DNA from: an uncultured Actinomycetes bacterium
GTDB lineage: Bacteria > Actinomycetota > UBA4738 > HRBIN12
Length of the DNA stretch: 64,000 nt
NCBI GenBank assembly: GCA_963736335.1
Contig: CAVTOC010000006.1
Span: forward strand, 1,122,828-1,186,827
Reading direction: 5' to 3'
Position numbers and translations under genes: made by a program. The notes beneath the pieces are model-generated. The model had not been told where the DNA came from. It saw nothing but the letters and a program-made list of their open reading frames with translations, and ran no database searches. Positions 29,801-39,211 of the stretch are shown in pieces. Each line of letters starts with the position of its first letter. Position 1 is the stretch's first letter.

Positions 29801-30013
29801 CTCGTGAGGGAGGCGGTTCGCATCGTCGCTCCGACCGACTATCTGGACCTGCACGCCGATGCTCTCTTCGCCCTCGCGGAGGTGATGCAGCTCGCGGGTC
29901 GGAGCTCGGATGCCGCCGAAGCGCTGCGGGATGCGCTCGACGTGTGCCGCCGGAAAGGGAACCTGGTCGGAGCGGGGCGCGCCGAGTCGTTGCTCGCCGC
30001 GCTCGGCTCCTGA
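26831..30013 (+). CDS. Zinc-ribbon - class III cyclase - AAA/STAND ATPase - TPR signalling protein
   Basis: MQRCEECGHENRDGAKFCEEC, then VVFCDVSGST...FIGDAVMAVFG, then Walker A GVGGVGKS, then about 550 aa of helical repeats. The frame is uninterrupted over 3183 nt. Confidence 0.85.
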   Translation: MQRCEECGHENRDGAKFCEECAATLTPGTVPHEVRKTVTVVFCDVSGSTAIGEALDPESVRRVMERFFQAMQTAIERHGGTVEKFIGDAVMAVFGVPQVHEDDALRAVRAASEMRASLAALNPELDRDHGMTLACRIGVNTGDVVAGVGDQKIVTGDAVNVAARLEQAASAGEILLGERTHALVRDAIHAEPIEDLILKGKSEPVPAYRLLEVTPGAPGFARHLDAPIVGRGRELSLMRDVFDRTVTDHSCQLFTVLGVGGVGKSRLLAAFVGELADRATVLRGRCLPYGEGITFYPLAEALIEVADLRETDAADQTRAKLVALAGGDEDAAAIAQRVGQTIGLAGGEESSPEEMRWAVRSLLERLAVERPVVFVIDDLQWAEPTFLELVEYIADLARDAPILLACMARPELLDDHPGWAGGKLNATSILLEPLNAEECGKLVANLLADDAVDPVVRARIAAAAEGHPLYAEEITGLLVDEGRLVLKDGRWTPTGDLADLPIPPTISALLAARLDRLPPAERRLIEIGSVMGQVFYPAAVRTLTTEPSKATDDGLMTLVRKQFVRPERSDLSATDALGFRHLLIRDAAYGSIPKAERADLHERFANWLDETAGSLGERDEIVGYHLERAYRYRAELGPADDHARRLADRATERLSAAGRQALARRDPSATVNLLGRAVDLLPLDDARRPEIQTDLGLALSRLDLSRADQVLAEAMEGARVLGDPRLEALAGVRLAFVRIMLDPEAEQRAALEQAQRYAELFEGWSDDLGVAEALELVGNIRFWAGRCALAEEDLERAMTHARRAGSRPHEDEIARMLTLVISQGPIPVEEAIRRLHAMLERSPADRKMESAVASKGAELEAMLGRFETARELAARATALARELGDQLALARSLLDSSRVEMLADSPMTAEREARAGYEILDRMKSTGNLASAAPHLGDFLYAQGRYEEAEELAAFGERITIEGDVDAEVRWRLVRAKTLARRGRYDEAEPLVREAVRIVAPTDYLDLHADALFALAEVMQLAGRSSDAAEALRDALDVCRRKGNLVGAGRAESLLAALGS

Positions 30014-30022
30014 TCTGTCGCC

Positions 30023-31189
30023 TCACCGGACGACGTCGTGTTGCATCGCCCACAGGGCGGCGGCGGCGCGCGTCGACACCTCGATCTTCGTGTACACGTG
30101 CTGGATGTGGTGGTCGGCGGTCTTCGGCGAGATGTAGAGCCGGTCGGCGATCTCCTTCGTCGTGAGTCCCAGCGCCGCGAGGCGCAGCACCTCGACCTCG
30201 CGACCGGTGAGCCCGCCGGGGTTTTCGGCCCGGCGAGCCGGGACGAGCGGCGCTTGATGGCCGGCCGCCACGAGCACGGCGTCGGTCGTCTCGGGCTCGA
30301 GCACCCCGCGTGAAGCCAGCTCCCGAAGCTCGTTCGCGGCGTGGTCGTCCGAGAACGCGGGACGGTCGGCTCGCTCGGTCGTGAGACCCACGTACATGTC
30401 GGTGGCGGTCAGGACGCGTGCCGTGCGATCGGTCGTGTGGCCGTGCAGGCCTTTGTGATAGCCGGACCCGTCGGCCTTCTCATGGTGCGCTCCGGCGACC
30501 GGGCTCAACGCGGCCAGGGTGCGGGCTCGCGCGATACCCAAGGCGCGGAGGCGTCGCTCGTTCCGGATGCGGTGCGCCTCCTCAGCGGGGACGACCGGGT
30601 CGTGCGGGTACACGCGCCCCGTCAGATCCCACAACCGCTCCGTTCCCTGCCGGCCGGCGACCGCGACCTCACCCCGCGCCACCATGAGGTCGAGCAGCTT
30701 CTCCACGTTGCGGTTGTTGGTCCACGCCGTCGAGGCCCACGGGACCGCGCACCTGTCGGGCAGGTCGCGCATCGGCAGCGGGCCGGAGCGCTTGAGCCGC
30801 GCGAGGATGTCCCGACGACAGGTGTCGTTCGCCTCGACCCAGTCGCGCCGCTCCACCTGCCAGGGGCGAAGCTGGCCGCTGCCCGGCCAGGCTGCCATAT
30901 CGTGGCGGTAGAGCGCGAGGTCTTCCGCGGGACGGATCAACGCCTGGAGCTCGATGAGCGTCCGGTCCGCGAGGGCCGTCCGCAGCTCTGCCGGGCCGTA
31001 CGACGAACCGAGACGGCTCCACACGACCAGGTCGGCGCTCGGCGCGACCGCGGCGATCGGGTCCAGCTGGAGGAAGCTCAGGTGTCGCACTACATCGAGC
31101 AATGCAGCTGGCCGTTCGGCGTCGAGCAGTTGCGCCCGCACGGCGATCCGGCGCGCGTCCGTCCGGGAGAGCTGGTGGACGATGGTCAC
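30023..31189 (-). CDS. Chimeric ORF: YcaQ-like winged-helix N-terminal half fused to an HD-GYP C-terminal remnant and a LuxR-type HTH
   Basis: aa 1 to about 230 are YcaQ/DUF1006-like (LSFLQLDPIAAV...RLWDLTGRVYP...LRALGIA). This is followed by HHEKADGSGYHKGL (HD-GYP signature) and LTGREVEVLRLAALGLTTKEIADRLYISPKTADHHIQHVYTKI (LuxR). Confidence 0.65.
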   Translation of the reverse strand: MTIVHQLSRTDARRIAVRAQLLDAERPAALLDVVRHLSFLQLDPIAAVAPSADLVVWSRLGSSYGPAELRTALADRTLIELQALIRPAEDLALYRHDMAAWPGSGQLRPWQVERRDWVEANDTCRRDILARLKRSGPLPMRDLPDRCAVPWASTAWTNNRNVEKLLDLMVARGEVAVAGRQGTERLWDLTGRVYPHDPVVPAEEAHRIRNERRLRALGIARARTLAALSPVAGAHHEKADGSGYHKGLHGHTTDRTARVLTATDMYVGLTTERADRPAFSDDHAANELRELASRGVLEPETTDAVLVAAGHQAPLVPARRAENPGGLTGREVEVLRLAALGLTTKEIADRLYISPKTADHHIQHVYTKIEVSTRAAAALWAMQHDVVR

Positions 31190-31292
31190 TTGGCGAGACT
31201 ATGCGTCGCTACCGATGGACGTCATGAACATCCGACGTCGACGAGTATCCGATCGAGTAGCGGCTCTTCCCCGTCCAGGGTCATGATGTCCC

Positions 31293-32099
31293 ATGAGCAC
31301 GTCGCGTATCCACGGTGTCGTGATCGCGCGATTCGTCGATGCCTGTGCTGCCGACGATCGGATCGTGGCTGCGTTCCTCGCCGGCTCTCACGCGAGCGGT
31401 ACGGTGGATGCGTACTCCGATCTCGATCTCGGCGTGATCACGACCGATGCGGCGTTCGCCGACGTCATCGCCGAACGACGGGCGCTCATCAGCCGGCTCG
31501 GGGAACCGCTCTTCCTCGACCACTTCGGCCGCGAGTGGAACGTGTTCTTCATCCTGGCCGACGGCACGGAGGGCGAGATCTTCTTCGGACACGAAGGAGC
31601 GCTGGCCGAGATCGATGTCGGGCCGTTCGAACCGCTCCTGGATGAGCGCGGGATCCTGGCGGAGGCCGAGTTCCCGTTCTCGCCGCCCGATCCCGACGAG
31701 CAGCGAGAACGGCTACGCAAGATCGTGAACTGGTTCTGGCACGAGCTCTCGCACTTCATCGCCGGGCTCGGACGGGGCGACCTCTGGTGGGCCTATGGGC
31801 AGCTCGATGCGCTGCGCGGCCATTGCGTCAACCTGATGCGGATCCGGCACGGCGCCGAAGCGCAGGACGAGCCGTACGAGAAGCTGGCGAAGGCGGTCCC
31901 GGTGTCGGAGCTTGCGTCGCTGCGCACGACGTTCTGTCCGATGGAGCGCGATGCGATGCTCGACGCCGCACGCATGATCGTGCGCTTCTTCCGCGAGCAC
32001 GCTCCCGGCGTCGCCGAAGCCAACGGTTCCGAGTATCCATCGGCGCTCGCGCAGCTCATGTCCGACCGCCTGGAGGAGCTCGCACCCAAGCGCGACTGA
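31293..32099 (+). CDS. Nucleotidyltransferase domain protein (ANT/Lnu-like)
   Basis: AAFLAGSHASGTVDAYSDLDLGVI (G-S...D-x-D) plus a helical C-terminal domain. Confidence 0.6.
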   Translation: MSTSRIHGVVIARFVDACAADDRIVAAFLAGSHASGTVDAYSDLDLGVITTDAAFADVIAERRALISRLGEPLFLDHFGREWNVFFILADGTEGEIFFGHEGALAEIDVGPFEPLLDERGILAEAEFPFSPPDPDEQRERLRKIVNWFWHELSHFIAGLGRGDLWWAYGQLDALRGHCVNLMRIRHGAEAQDEPYEKLAKAVPVSELASLRTTFCPMERDAMLDAARMIVRFFREHAPGVAEANGSEYPSALAQLMSDRLEELAPKRD

Positions 32100-32126
32100 C
32101 GCGGGCTGCGTTCGCTGTGCTCAGTC

Positions 32127-32387
32127 TCACCGGTCCTGGCGGCGCTCCTTCCGGCGCCGGTGACGGCGCATCACGCCCAGGCCGAACCACACCAGGGCGC
32201 CGAGGACGGCCGACAACATGACGACCAGCCAGAGCGGCCACGTGAAGTGCCAGAAGAGGAAGTCGAGCCGAACATCGTTCGTGTTCTGCAACATGAAGGT
32301 GACGAGCGATGCGACGCCCGCGAGGGACGCGATCGCGCCGCCGCCCAGCCGCCGTTTGTCCGATCCGCTCGATCCGCCCTCGACCAT
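32127..32387 (-). CDS. LapA-domain (DUF1049) small membrane protein
   Basis: FMLQNTNDVRLDFLFWHFTWPLWLVVMLSAVLGALVWFGLGVMRRHRRRK. ATG 32387 follows GAAAGGGG. Confidence 0.7.
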   Translation of the reverse strand: MVEGGSSGSDKRRLGGGAIASLAGVASLVTFMLQNTNDVRLDFLFWHFTWPLWLVVMLSAVLGALVWFGLGVMRRHRRRKERRQDR

Positions 32388-32412
32388 GGCTACCCCTTTC
32401 GCTGTCGTGCGA

Positions 32413-33402
32413 TCAGCCGAACGTGAACGCGAACGCCTGCGCGCCACGTTCGAGGAACTCGATCTCGAACCGACGGTCGCCGATCGGGCCCTCCTGTCGG
32501 ATCACCTGATACATCCGCGGATAGGTGAGGACGCCGGACCCGTCGGCGTCGACATCAGAACCGTGAGCCGCGCCCGGCGGCTCGCCGTCGAGGCTCACGC
32601 GGAACGGAACGGGAGCCTCACGGGTCGTCGGGCCCATCACCAGATGGACATCGCGGGCATGGACTTCGAACGCGATGCGTCCGCCCGCTTCGTTCAGCGT
32701 GACGGCCTCCGCGCCGGCCGTCCAGTCGCCGGACAGGGTCCAGTGGTTGCGCCGCAGCTGCTCCGGGGCGTCGTACACCCGAGGCTCGTCCGGCGTCAGG
32801 CCGCCCGGCGACGCGAAGTCCATCGTCTGCCGGTACCCCAGGTACGTCTCCGGAGATAGCAGGCTGTTCCAGTCGGCCGGCGCCTCGGGGCCACGCGCGT
32901 CGACGGAGACGTACCCCCGCTCGTCGTCGTCCAGCCCGGCTTCGGCCAGGAGCAGTTGGATGACGCGCTCCGACCGCTCGTAGTCGCCTTCGCCGAACCG
33001 GTGATGCCGGATGCGTCCCTCAGCGTCGACCACGTAGAGCGCCGGCCAGTAGTGGTTCGCGAACGCCTCCCAGACCGCGTAGTCGTTGTCGATCGCGATC
33101 GGATACCCGACGTGCCTCTCGCGCAGCGCCCGGCGAACGTTCTCCAGGTCGTGCTCGAACGAGAACTCGGGCGTGTGCACGCCGATCGTGACGAGCCCGT
33201 GATCCCGATACGCCTCGTCCCAGGCGCGGACGTACGGGAGCGACCGGAGCCAGTTGATGCAGGTATACGTGCAGAAGTTGACGACGACGACCTTCCCGCG
33301 CAAGCCCTCGGCCTCGAGCGGCGTCGAGTTGAGCCAATCGTTCGCGCCTCCGAGGGATGGGAAGCGTCCCTCGGTGGGCGGGGAGATCCCGTGTCCGAGC
33401 AT
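32413..33402 (-). CDS. Thioredoxin-fold redoxin domain protein (DipZ C-terminal-like)
   Basis: LRGKVVVVNFCTYTCINWLRSLPYVRAW...GVHTPEFSFE...NHYWPALYVVDAEG. Confidence 0.7.
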   Translation of the reverse strand: MLGHGISPPTEGRFPSLGGANDWLNSTPLEAEGLRGKVVVVNFCTYTCINWLRSLPYVRAWDEAYRDHGLVTIGVHTPEFSFEHDLENVRRALRERHVGYPIAIDNDYAVWEAFANHYWPALYVVDAEGRIRHHRFGEGDYERSERVIQLLLAEAGLDDDERGYVSVDARGPEAPADWNSLLSPETYLGYRQTMDFASPGGLTPDEPRVYDAPEQLRRNHWTLSGDWTAGAEAVTLNEAGGRIAFEVHARDVHLVMGPTTREAPVPFRVSLDGEPPGAAHGSDVDADGSGVLTYPRMYQVIRQEGPIGDRRFEIEFLERGAQAFAFTFG

Positions 33403-33468
33403 CGGACGATGGTGCCAGAACCGTCGCTCCCGCGCACGCGGGGCGACCGAACACTAGGCTCTCGGAGC

Positions 33469-34167
33469 ATGTTGGGCGACCGAACGGCCGGATCCACTGC
33501 CGGGCGATCCGAGACCGCCCGGCTGGAGGCGTTCAGCGACGCTGTCATCGCGATCGCGATGACGATCCTGGCCCTCGACCTCCGCGTCCCGATCATCGAG
33601 GTCGTGACGTCGAAGAACCTCGTCTCCGCGATCCTCGATCAGTAGCCGTCGTACTTCGCGTTCTCGCTCAGCTTCATCACCATCCTGATCATGTGGATCA
33701 ACCACCATGCGCGGTTGTCGCTCGTGCAACGGACGGACGGCCTGCTCATGTTCGCCAACGGGTTCCTGATGATGGCGATCGTGGCGCTGTCGTATCCGAC
33801 CGCGCTCGTCGGCCAGTACCTGAACACCCCCGCGGGCCGAGGAGCGGTGGTGACGTACGGCCTCGCCGTGCTCGCCACGAGCGGAGCCTGGAACATCTTC
33901 ATGCTGGCGCTCCGGCCGGAGCGCGGCCTGCCGAGGCCCGGCGTGCCGCCCGAAGTGATCGCCACGACCCGACGCCGCGTGGCGCTCGGCTTCCTCATCT
34001 ACCTGGTGGTCACGGGGCTCGCGGCGGTCAACGCCTACCTCGGGCTCGGCATCATGACGGTGATGTGGGTGTTCTGGGCGACGTTCGCGTACCGGGCGCT
34101 GAACCGCGGCGAGCGCTGGTCGGCCGACGCGATCGGCGCGTCGGAGGTCGATCCCGGCCAGACCTAG
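33469..34167 (+). pseudogene. TMEM175/DUF1211 family potassium-channel-like protein interrupted by an in-frame TAG
   Basis: RLEAFSDAVIAIAMTILALDL...ILDQ-TAG(33643-33645)-PSYFAFSLSFITILIMWINHH. Both parts are in one frame. TAG sits where a TGG (Trp) would fit. Confidence 0.7.
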
Positions 34168-34198
34168 ATCCACACCCCGCAAGGCGGAGTTCGATGAC

Positions 34199-34426
34199 AT
34201 GAACCAGCGGCTCGGGCTAACCACGCACGGCGCATGGCACCAGGCGAACCCTGACGGCTCCAACCTTGCGGTCGTTGTCATCGACGGTCCCTGGGCAGAG
34301 TCGTTCCTGGGCAAGATGGCCACGTCGGAGAACGAGTTCGACCAGTGGTTCCGCACGTCGATCGAGGACATCCACCTGATGGACTTCTCGGCGCCGCCGC
34401 CGCCGATGCCCACCCGCCAGCTGTAG
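34199..34426 (+). CDS. Hypothetical small protein
   Basis: 75-aa ORF in an otherwise empty gap. No recognisable motif. Confidence 0.3.
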   Translation: MNQRLGLTTHGAWHQANPDGSNLAVVVIDGPWAESFLGKMATSENEFDQWFRTSIEDIHLMDFSAPPPPMPTRQL

Positions 34427-34510
34427 GAAGCGATCAGACCTGCTGGGTGCGGCCACGTACCCCAGCAGGTCTGCCGCTAGGATCCGCGATCAACCGTTAC
34501 CGAGGCCGCG

Positions 34511-35739
34511 CTATCGGAGTGACCTGAACGTCGCGCGTAGCTCCTCGGAGAAGAGCTCCGGCTGCTCCCACGCGGCGAAATGACCACCTTTCGGGAGCCG
34601 GTTGTAGTGGATCAGGTTCGGATAGGCCTGCTCTGCCCAACGTCGCGGGGCGGCGTAGATCTCGTCGGGGAACGCGCTGACCCCGGTCGGCAGCGTGACC
34701 CCCTTCGGCGCGAAGAACGGGAGCTTGCTCTCCCAGTACAGTCGCGCCGACGAGACGGCCGTCTTCGTCAGCCAGTAGAGCGTGACGTTGTCCAGGATGT
34801 CGTCCTTCGTCAGACCCTCAGACTGCCCTTCGAAGACGCGCGCGATCAGCGACAGGCTGCGCGCGTCGTGATCGAGCATCCAAGCCGCCAGGCCGACGGG
34901 CGAATCCTCGAGCGCGTACAGCGTCTGTGGACGCCCCCCATCTCCTGGGCGTACGCGAGCCCGTGCGCGTAGAAGTCGGCGAGCTGATCCCACGCGTACC
35001 GCTCATCGTCAGCTAGGTCCTCGGGCGGCGGGTCGCCTGCGTCGAGCGCCTTCTGGATGTGGTCGGGGACCGTCGCCGCCATGTTCGTGTGGATCCCGAG
35101 CAACCCTTTCGGCTTCAGCAGCGCCATCTGTTCCGTGACGGCGTTGCCCCAGTCGCCGCCCTGCGCCACGTACCGCGTGTAGCCGAGCCGCTCCATCAAC
35201 ACGGCCCAGGCGCGCGCGATGCGGATCGGATCCCAGCCGATCGCGGTCGGCGTGCCCGAGAACCCGTGACCCGGCAGCGACGGGATCACCACGTCGAAGG
35301 CGTCGTCCGCGCTCGCGCCGTGCGCCGTCGGGTCGGTGAGCGGGCCGATGATCTTGAGCTGCTCGATGATCGAACCCGGCCAGCCATGCGTGACGATCAC
35401 CGGCAGGGCCCCTTCGTGCTCCGAGCGGACGTGGATGAAATGGATGTCCACGCCGTCGATCTCGGTGATGAAGTGCGGCAGCGCCTGCAGTCGCGCTTCC
35501 ACGTTGCGCCAGTCGTAGCCCGTCGCCCAGTAACGGGCGAGCGCCTCCATCGTGGCGAGCTGTACGCCCTGGGTCCGGTCGTCCACGATCTCGCGCTCGG
35601 GCCACCGCGTGGCGGCGATCCGCCGACGCAGGTCGTCGAGGGTGTCTTGCGGCACGTTCACCTCGAACGGCCGGATCGAGAGGTCGCTGATCACCGTGAC
35701 GTCATCGGTCGTCCGGCCGGTCGTCGCAGCGTCGGTCAT
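34511..35739 (-). pseudogene. Epoxide hydrolase (EHN N-terminal domain + alpha/beta hydrolase), frameshifted
   Basis: RPFEVNVPQDTLDDLRRRIAATRWP...HGWPGS...GGDWG, then ...AQEMG | RPQTLYALEDSPVGLAAWM... The frame break is in the C6/G6 run at 34934-34939. Confidence 0.8.
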
Positions 35740-35895
35740 GGCCGCGCTCCTTCCCACCTCGGAGGTCGGCAGGCCCGCGCTGCACGGCCTCGTTCTTCGC
35801 ATCGGCCGGTCGACGGACGGGCCAGGAGCTGGGCAAGCCTCACGACGCAACCGGCAGGAGGAAACGTAGCAGGGGCAAGCGAAACGTGAAGCCGT

Positions 35896-35909
35896 GTGGG
35901 CTTGCCCAC
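35896..35909 (-). terminator. Weak hairpin downstream of dinB
   Basis: GTGGGC-TT-GCCCAC is a perfect 6-bp stem 17 nt after the DinB stop. There is no clear U-tract. Confidence 0.25.
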
Positions 35910-35925
35910 AAGGCCATCCCTCCTC

Positions 35926-37116
35926 TTAGTCGGGGAGGAGCGGAACCCGAAGGCCCTCGCGGCGCCCGAGGAGGACGCCGCGCGTGATGGCCTTCGATCC
36001 GAACCGGTCACGAACCGTGTCGAGCGTGGCGTCGATCGACGATCCGTGCCACCCGTCGAACGGCAACGCAAGCTGGATCGCTCCGTCGTCGTGGAGGTTC
36101 GTGAAGCTGATGCCGATCAGCGTGATGCCCTGCTCTCGGATCATGGGGAGTGCCGCGACCAGCAGCGCCCGCTCGGCCGCGAGCAGCGTCGCGGTGTCGG
36201 CCGTCGCCTCGGGGATCGTGTGCGACCGCGTCGCGCGCGTGAAGTCGTCGAACCGGAGGCGGAGCACGACCGTGCGGCAGACCCGGTGGGCCGCTCGCAG
36301 CCTTCGCGCCAGGCGATCCACCAGCGCGATGAGGTCGGCGTCGAGCGTCTCCGGTGATCTCGGTCGCCGGCCGAGCGCGCGCTGGGTCCCGATCGACCGG
36401 CGCCGCCGGCCGGTGTCGACGCGTCGAGGATCCCGGTTGTGCGCGAGCGCGTGGAGGTGACGGCCCGACGCGCGGCCGAGGATCCGCACCAGGGCCGCCT
36501 CACCGAGCCGGGCGACCTCCGCCACCGTGGTGATCGAGCGCTCGCGGAGCTTCTCCGCGGTCACCGGCCCCACCCCCCACAGGCGCTCGACCGGCAGCGG
36601 GTGCAGGAACGCCAGCTCGCCGTCGATCGGGACGACCAACAGACCGTCCGGCTTCGCGACGCCGCTCGCCACCTTGGCGAGGAACTTGGTCCGGGCCACG
36701 CCCACGGTGATCGGCAGGCCGACCTTCTCGCGCACCTCGCGGCGCAAGCGCACCGCGATCTCCGTCGGCGTACCCGAGATCTTCCGCAGCCCGCCGACCT
36801 CCAGGAACGCCTCGTCGATCGACAGCCCTTCGACGAACGGCGTCGTGTCGTTGAAGACCTCGAACATCGCCTTGCTCGCCGCGCTGTAGGCCTCCATGCG
36901 CGGCGAGACGACGATCGCCTGCGGGCACAGCCGGAGCGCCTGGACGTGACCCATCGGCGTGTAGACGCCGAACGCCTTGGCCTCGTAGCTGGCCGCGAGC
37001 ACTACGCCGGCGCCCACGATGACGGGGCGGCCCCGCAGGCTCGGGTCGTCCCGCTGCTCGACCGACGCGTAGAAGGAGTCGGCGTCCGCGTGCAGGATCG
37101 TGCCCTCGTTCGACAC
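35926..37116 (-). CDS. dinB: DNA polymerase IV
   Basis: [28 protein letters not shown]...SIDEAFLEV...VGVARTKFLAKVAS. GTG 37116 chosen. The upstream 425 aa of the ORF is antisense to the next gene. Confidence 0.85.
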   Translation of the reverse strand: MSNEGTILHADADSFYASVEQRDDPSLRGRPVIVGAGVVLAASYEAKAFGVYTPMGHVQALRLCPQAIVVSPRMEAYSAASKAMFEVFNDTTPFVEGLSIDEAFLEVGGLRKISGTPTEIAVRLRREVREKVGLPITVGVARTKFLAKVASGVAKPDGLLVVPIDGELAFLHPLPVERLWGVGPVTAEKLRERSITTVAEVARLGEAALVRILGRASGRHLHALAHNRDPRRVDTGRRRRSIGTQRALGRRPRSPETLDADLIALVDRLARRLRAAHRVCRTVVLRLRFDDFTRATRSHTIPEATADTATLLAAERALLVAALPMIREQGITLIGISFTNLHDDGAIQLALPFDGWHGSSIDATLDTVRDRFGSKAITRGVLLGRREGLRVPLLPD

Positions 37117-37218
37117 GAACGGATGTTCGCAGCGACCTCCGACATCGGAGGGCGGTTCGGGTCCGGTTGCGTCGTGAACCGGCAGGCTCAAGGATGATGC
37201 TCCCGTGGAGATCCGCAG

Positions 37219-38557
37219 ATGAAGCCTGACGTCCAGTACACGCGCAACGGCGATGTCTCCCTGGCCTATCAGGTGGTGGGCGACGGCGCCCGCGATCTGC
37301 TCGTCGTGTCCGGGTTCGTGTCGAACCTCGAGTACGCGTGGGAGTACCCCTCGCTGTCCAGGTTCCTCTCCCAGCTCGCCGAGACGTCGCGACTGATCCT
37401 CATCGATCGGCGCGGCTCGGGCCTCTCGGATCGCTTCCGGGAGGCGCCGACGCAGGAGACGATGCTCCGCGATCTGGAGATCGTGCTGGACGCCGTGGGA
37501 TCGGCGAAGGCGACGCTCTTCGGGATGTGGGACGGCTGCGAAACGTCCACGCTGTTCGCGGCGACGTTCCCCGAGCGAGTCGCGTCGCTCATCCTCTTCA
37601 CCGCCTCGGCGGCGCAGAAACCCGCCGACGACTATCCGTGGGCATGGAACGACGAGGAGTGGGACGGATGGCTGGGGAGCATCCGAGACGGCTGGGGTAC
37701 GCGGGCGTGGGTCGTGAAGAACGCGCGGTGGATGGGTCCCGGGATGCTCGATCAGCCCGACGAGCTCGAAGCGTGGATCAGCTACACGAGGGTCGCCGCG
37801 AGCCCGTCTTCGGCCGAGGCGGTGATGCGGACATCGAGCGAGACGGACATCCGACAGATCCTGCCGTTCGTTCGGACGCCCACGCTGCTCCTGCATCGCG
37901 TGGGCGATCAGATCGAGCCCATCGAAGGGGCGCGGTACATGGCCGCGAAGATGCCCAACGCGCGTCTGGTGGAGCTGGAGGGCGACGACGGGATCCCGTG
38001 GATCGGAGACACCGACGCGGTGGTCCGAGAGATCCGGACGTTCCTCGGAGAGCGCGTCCAGGCCTCGACGACCGACCGACGACTCGTCACGGTCCTGTTC
38101 ACCGACATCGTCGGTTCGACCGAGCGCGCCGCGACGTTGGGAGATGCGGGTTGGGCCGAGCTGTTGCGGGAACATCATGGCCGGGTGAGGGAGGAACTCG
38201 ACGGGTTCAACGGGGTCGAGGTGGATACCGCCGGCGATGGCTTCCTGGCGACGTTCGACGGTCCGGCGAGGGCCGTGCGATGCGCCCGCGCGATCGGTGA
38301 GCGGGTTCGCGATCTCGGCCTCGAGATCCGAGCCGGCGTTCACGTCGGCGAGATCGAGCAGGTGGGGAAAGACGTGCGCGGGATCGCCGTGCACATCGGC
38401 GCGCGGATCACCGCCCTCGCGGAGCCCGAACGAGATCCTCGTGTCGTCGACGGTCCGAGACCTGGTCGCCGGCAGCGGCCTGACGTTCGAGGATGCCGGC
38501 GAGCACGATCTGAAAGGTGTCCCCGGGCGCTGGCGTTTATTCAGGGTCGTCGAGTAA
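37219..38557 (+). pseudogene. Alpha/beta hydrolase - class III cyclase fusion (paralog of 16960-18321), frameshifted
   Basis: Collinear with the paralog up to [10 protein letters not shown]. The tail [42 protein letters not shown] is in the +1 frame. An extra C sits in the CCC run at 38425-38427. Confidence 0.8.
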
Positions 38558-38583
38558 GCCGGGTCAACGGGATACCGAACGGG

Positions 38584-39114
38584 TCACGTACGCGACGTAT
38601 CGCGCACCGACGACACGATGGCCGATCCGTCGTCCGGTTCCACGCGGTGAACACGGAGGCAGCTGTCGACGGCGAACCGGCGAAGGTCCCGTTGCTCTTT
38701 CGCCGGCATGTAGGGCGCGGCCACGGCTGTGGGAACGACCTCCGGCCGCTCGATCGACCACGATTCCCCTTCGGTGACGATGGTGGCCGACCCCGTCGCG
38801 AGGACGTTCTTGATCCAGTCCGTACCAGGCCCGTACGGCAGCGCGATCACGAACCCGTCGGGGGTCGCGAAGGGCACGATCGGCGTTTCGTACGGTCGTC
38901 CCGTCTTCCGGCCGACGTGCCGGATCACCGATGCGTACGCCCCCGGCATCCCGGCCGTCTTCATCTGATGCGGGTTCCCGAAGGCCCGGTTGAATCGGCG
39001 AACGGTGTTCTGCACGCGCGGGGACTTCGTCCGCATCCCGACGAAGAAGACGATCCCGATCGCCAGGGCCACGACGAGCAGGCACACGAAGACCGTTGCG
39101 ATCGTTGTCCACAT
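38584..39114 (-). CDS. Membrane-anchored deazaflavin-dependent nitroreductase-like (DUF385) protein
   Basis: N-terminal TM MWTTIATVFVCLLVVALAIGIVFFV, then IRHVGRKTGRPYETPIVPFATPDGFVIALPYG. Strong RBS GAGGAGGTGG. Confidence 0.65.
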   Translation of the reverse strand: MWTTIATVFVCLLVVALAIGIVFFVGMRTKSPRVQNTVRRFNRAFGNPHQMKTAGMPGAYASVIRHVGRKTGRPYETPIVPFATPDGFVIALPYGPGTDWIKNVLATGSATIVTEGESWSIERPEVVPTAVAAPYMPAKEQRDLRRFAVDSCLRVHRVEPDDGSAIVSSVRDTSRT

Positions 39115-39211
39115 GGCAAGCCACCTCCTCGGAGGGCGCGTCCCAAGCGTCCTTCCACCTGCCGGGAACGGCCCAGAGCCGGACGGCTCGGAACGTGATG
39201 ACCGGAGGGCC

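Noticed and set aside
34199-34426. Idea that the 75-aa ORF is the 3' fragment of a larger disrupted gene
   Set aside because: I found no upstream ORF in any frame with matching content. It is kept as a low-confidence hypothetical CDS.
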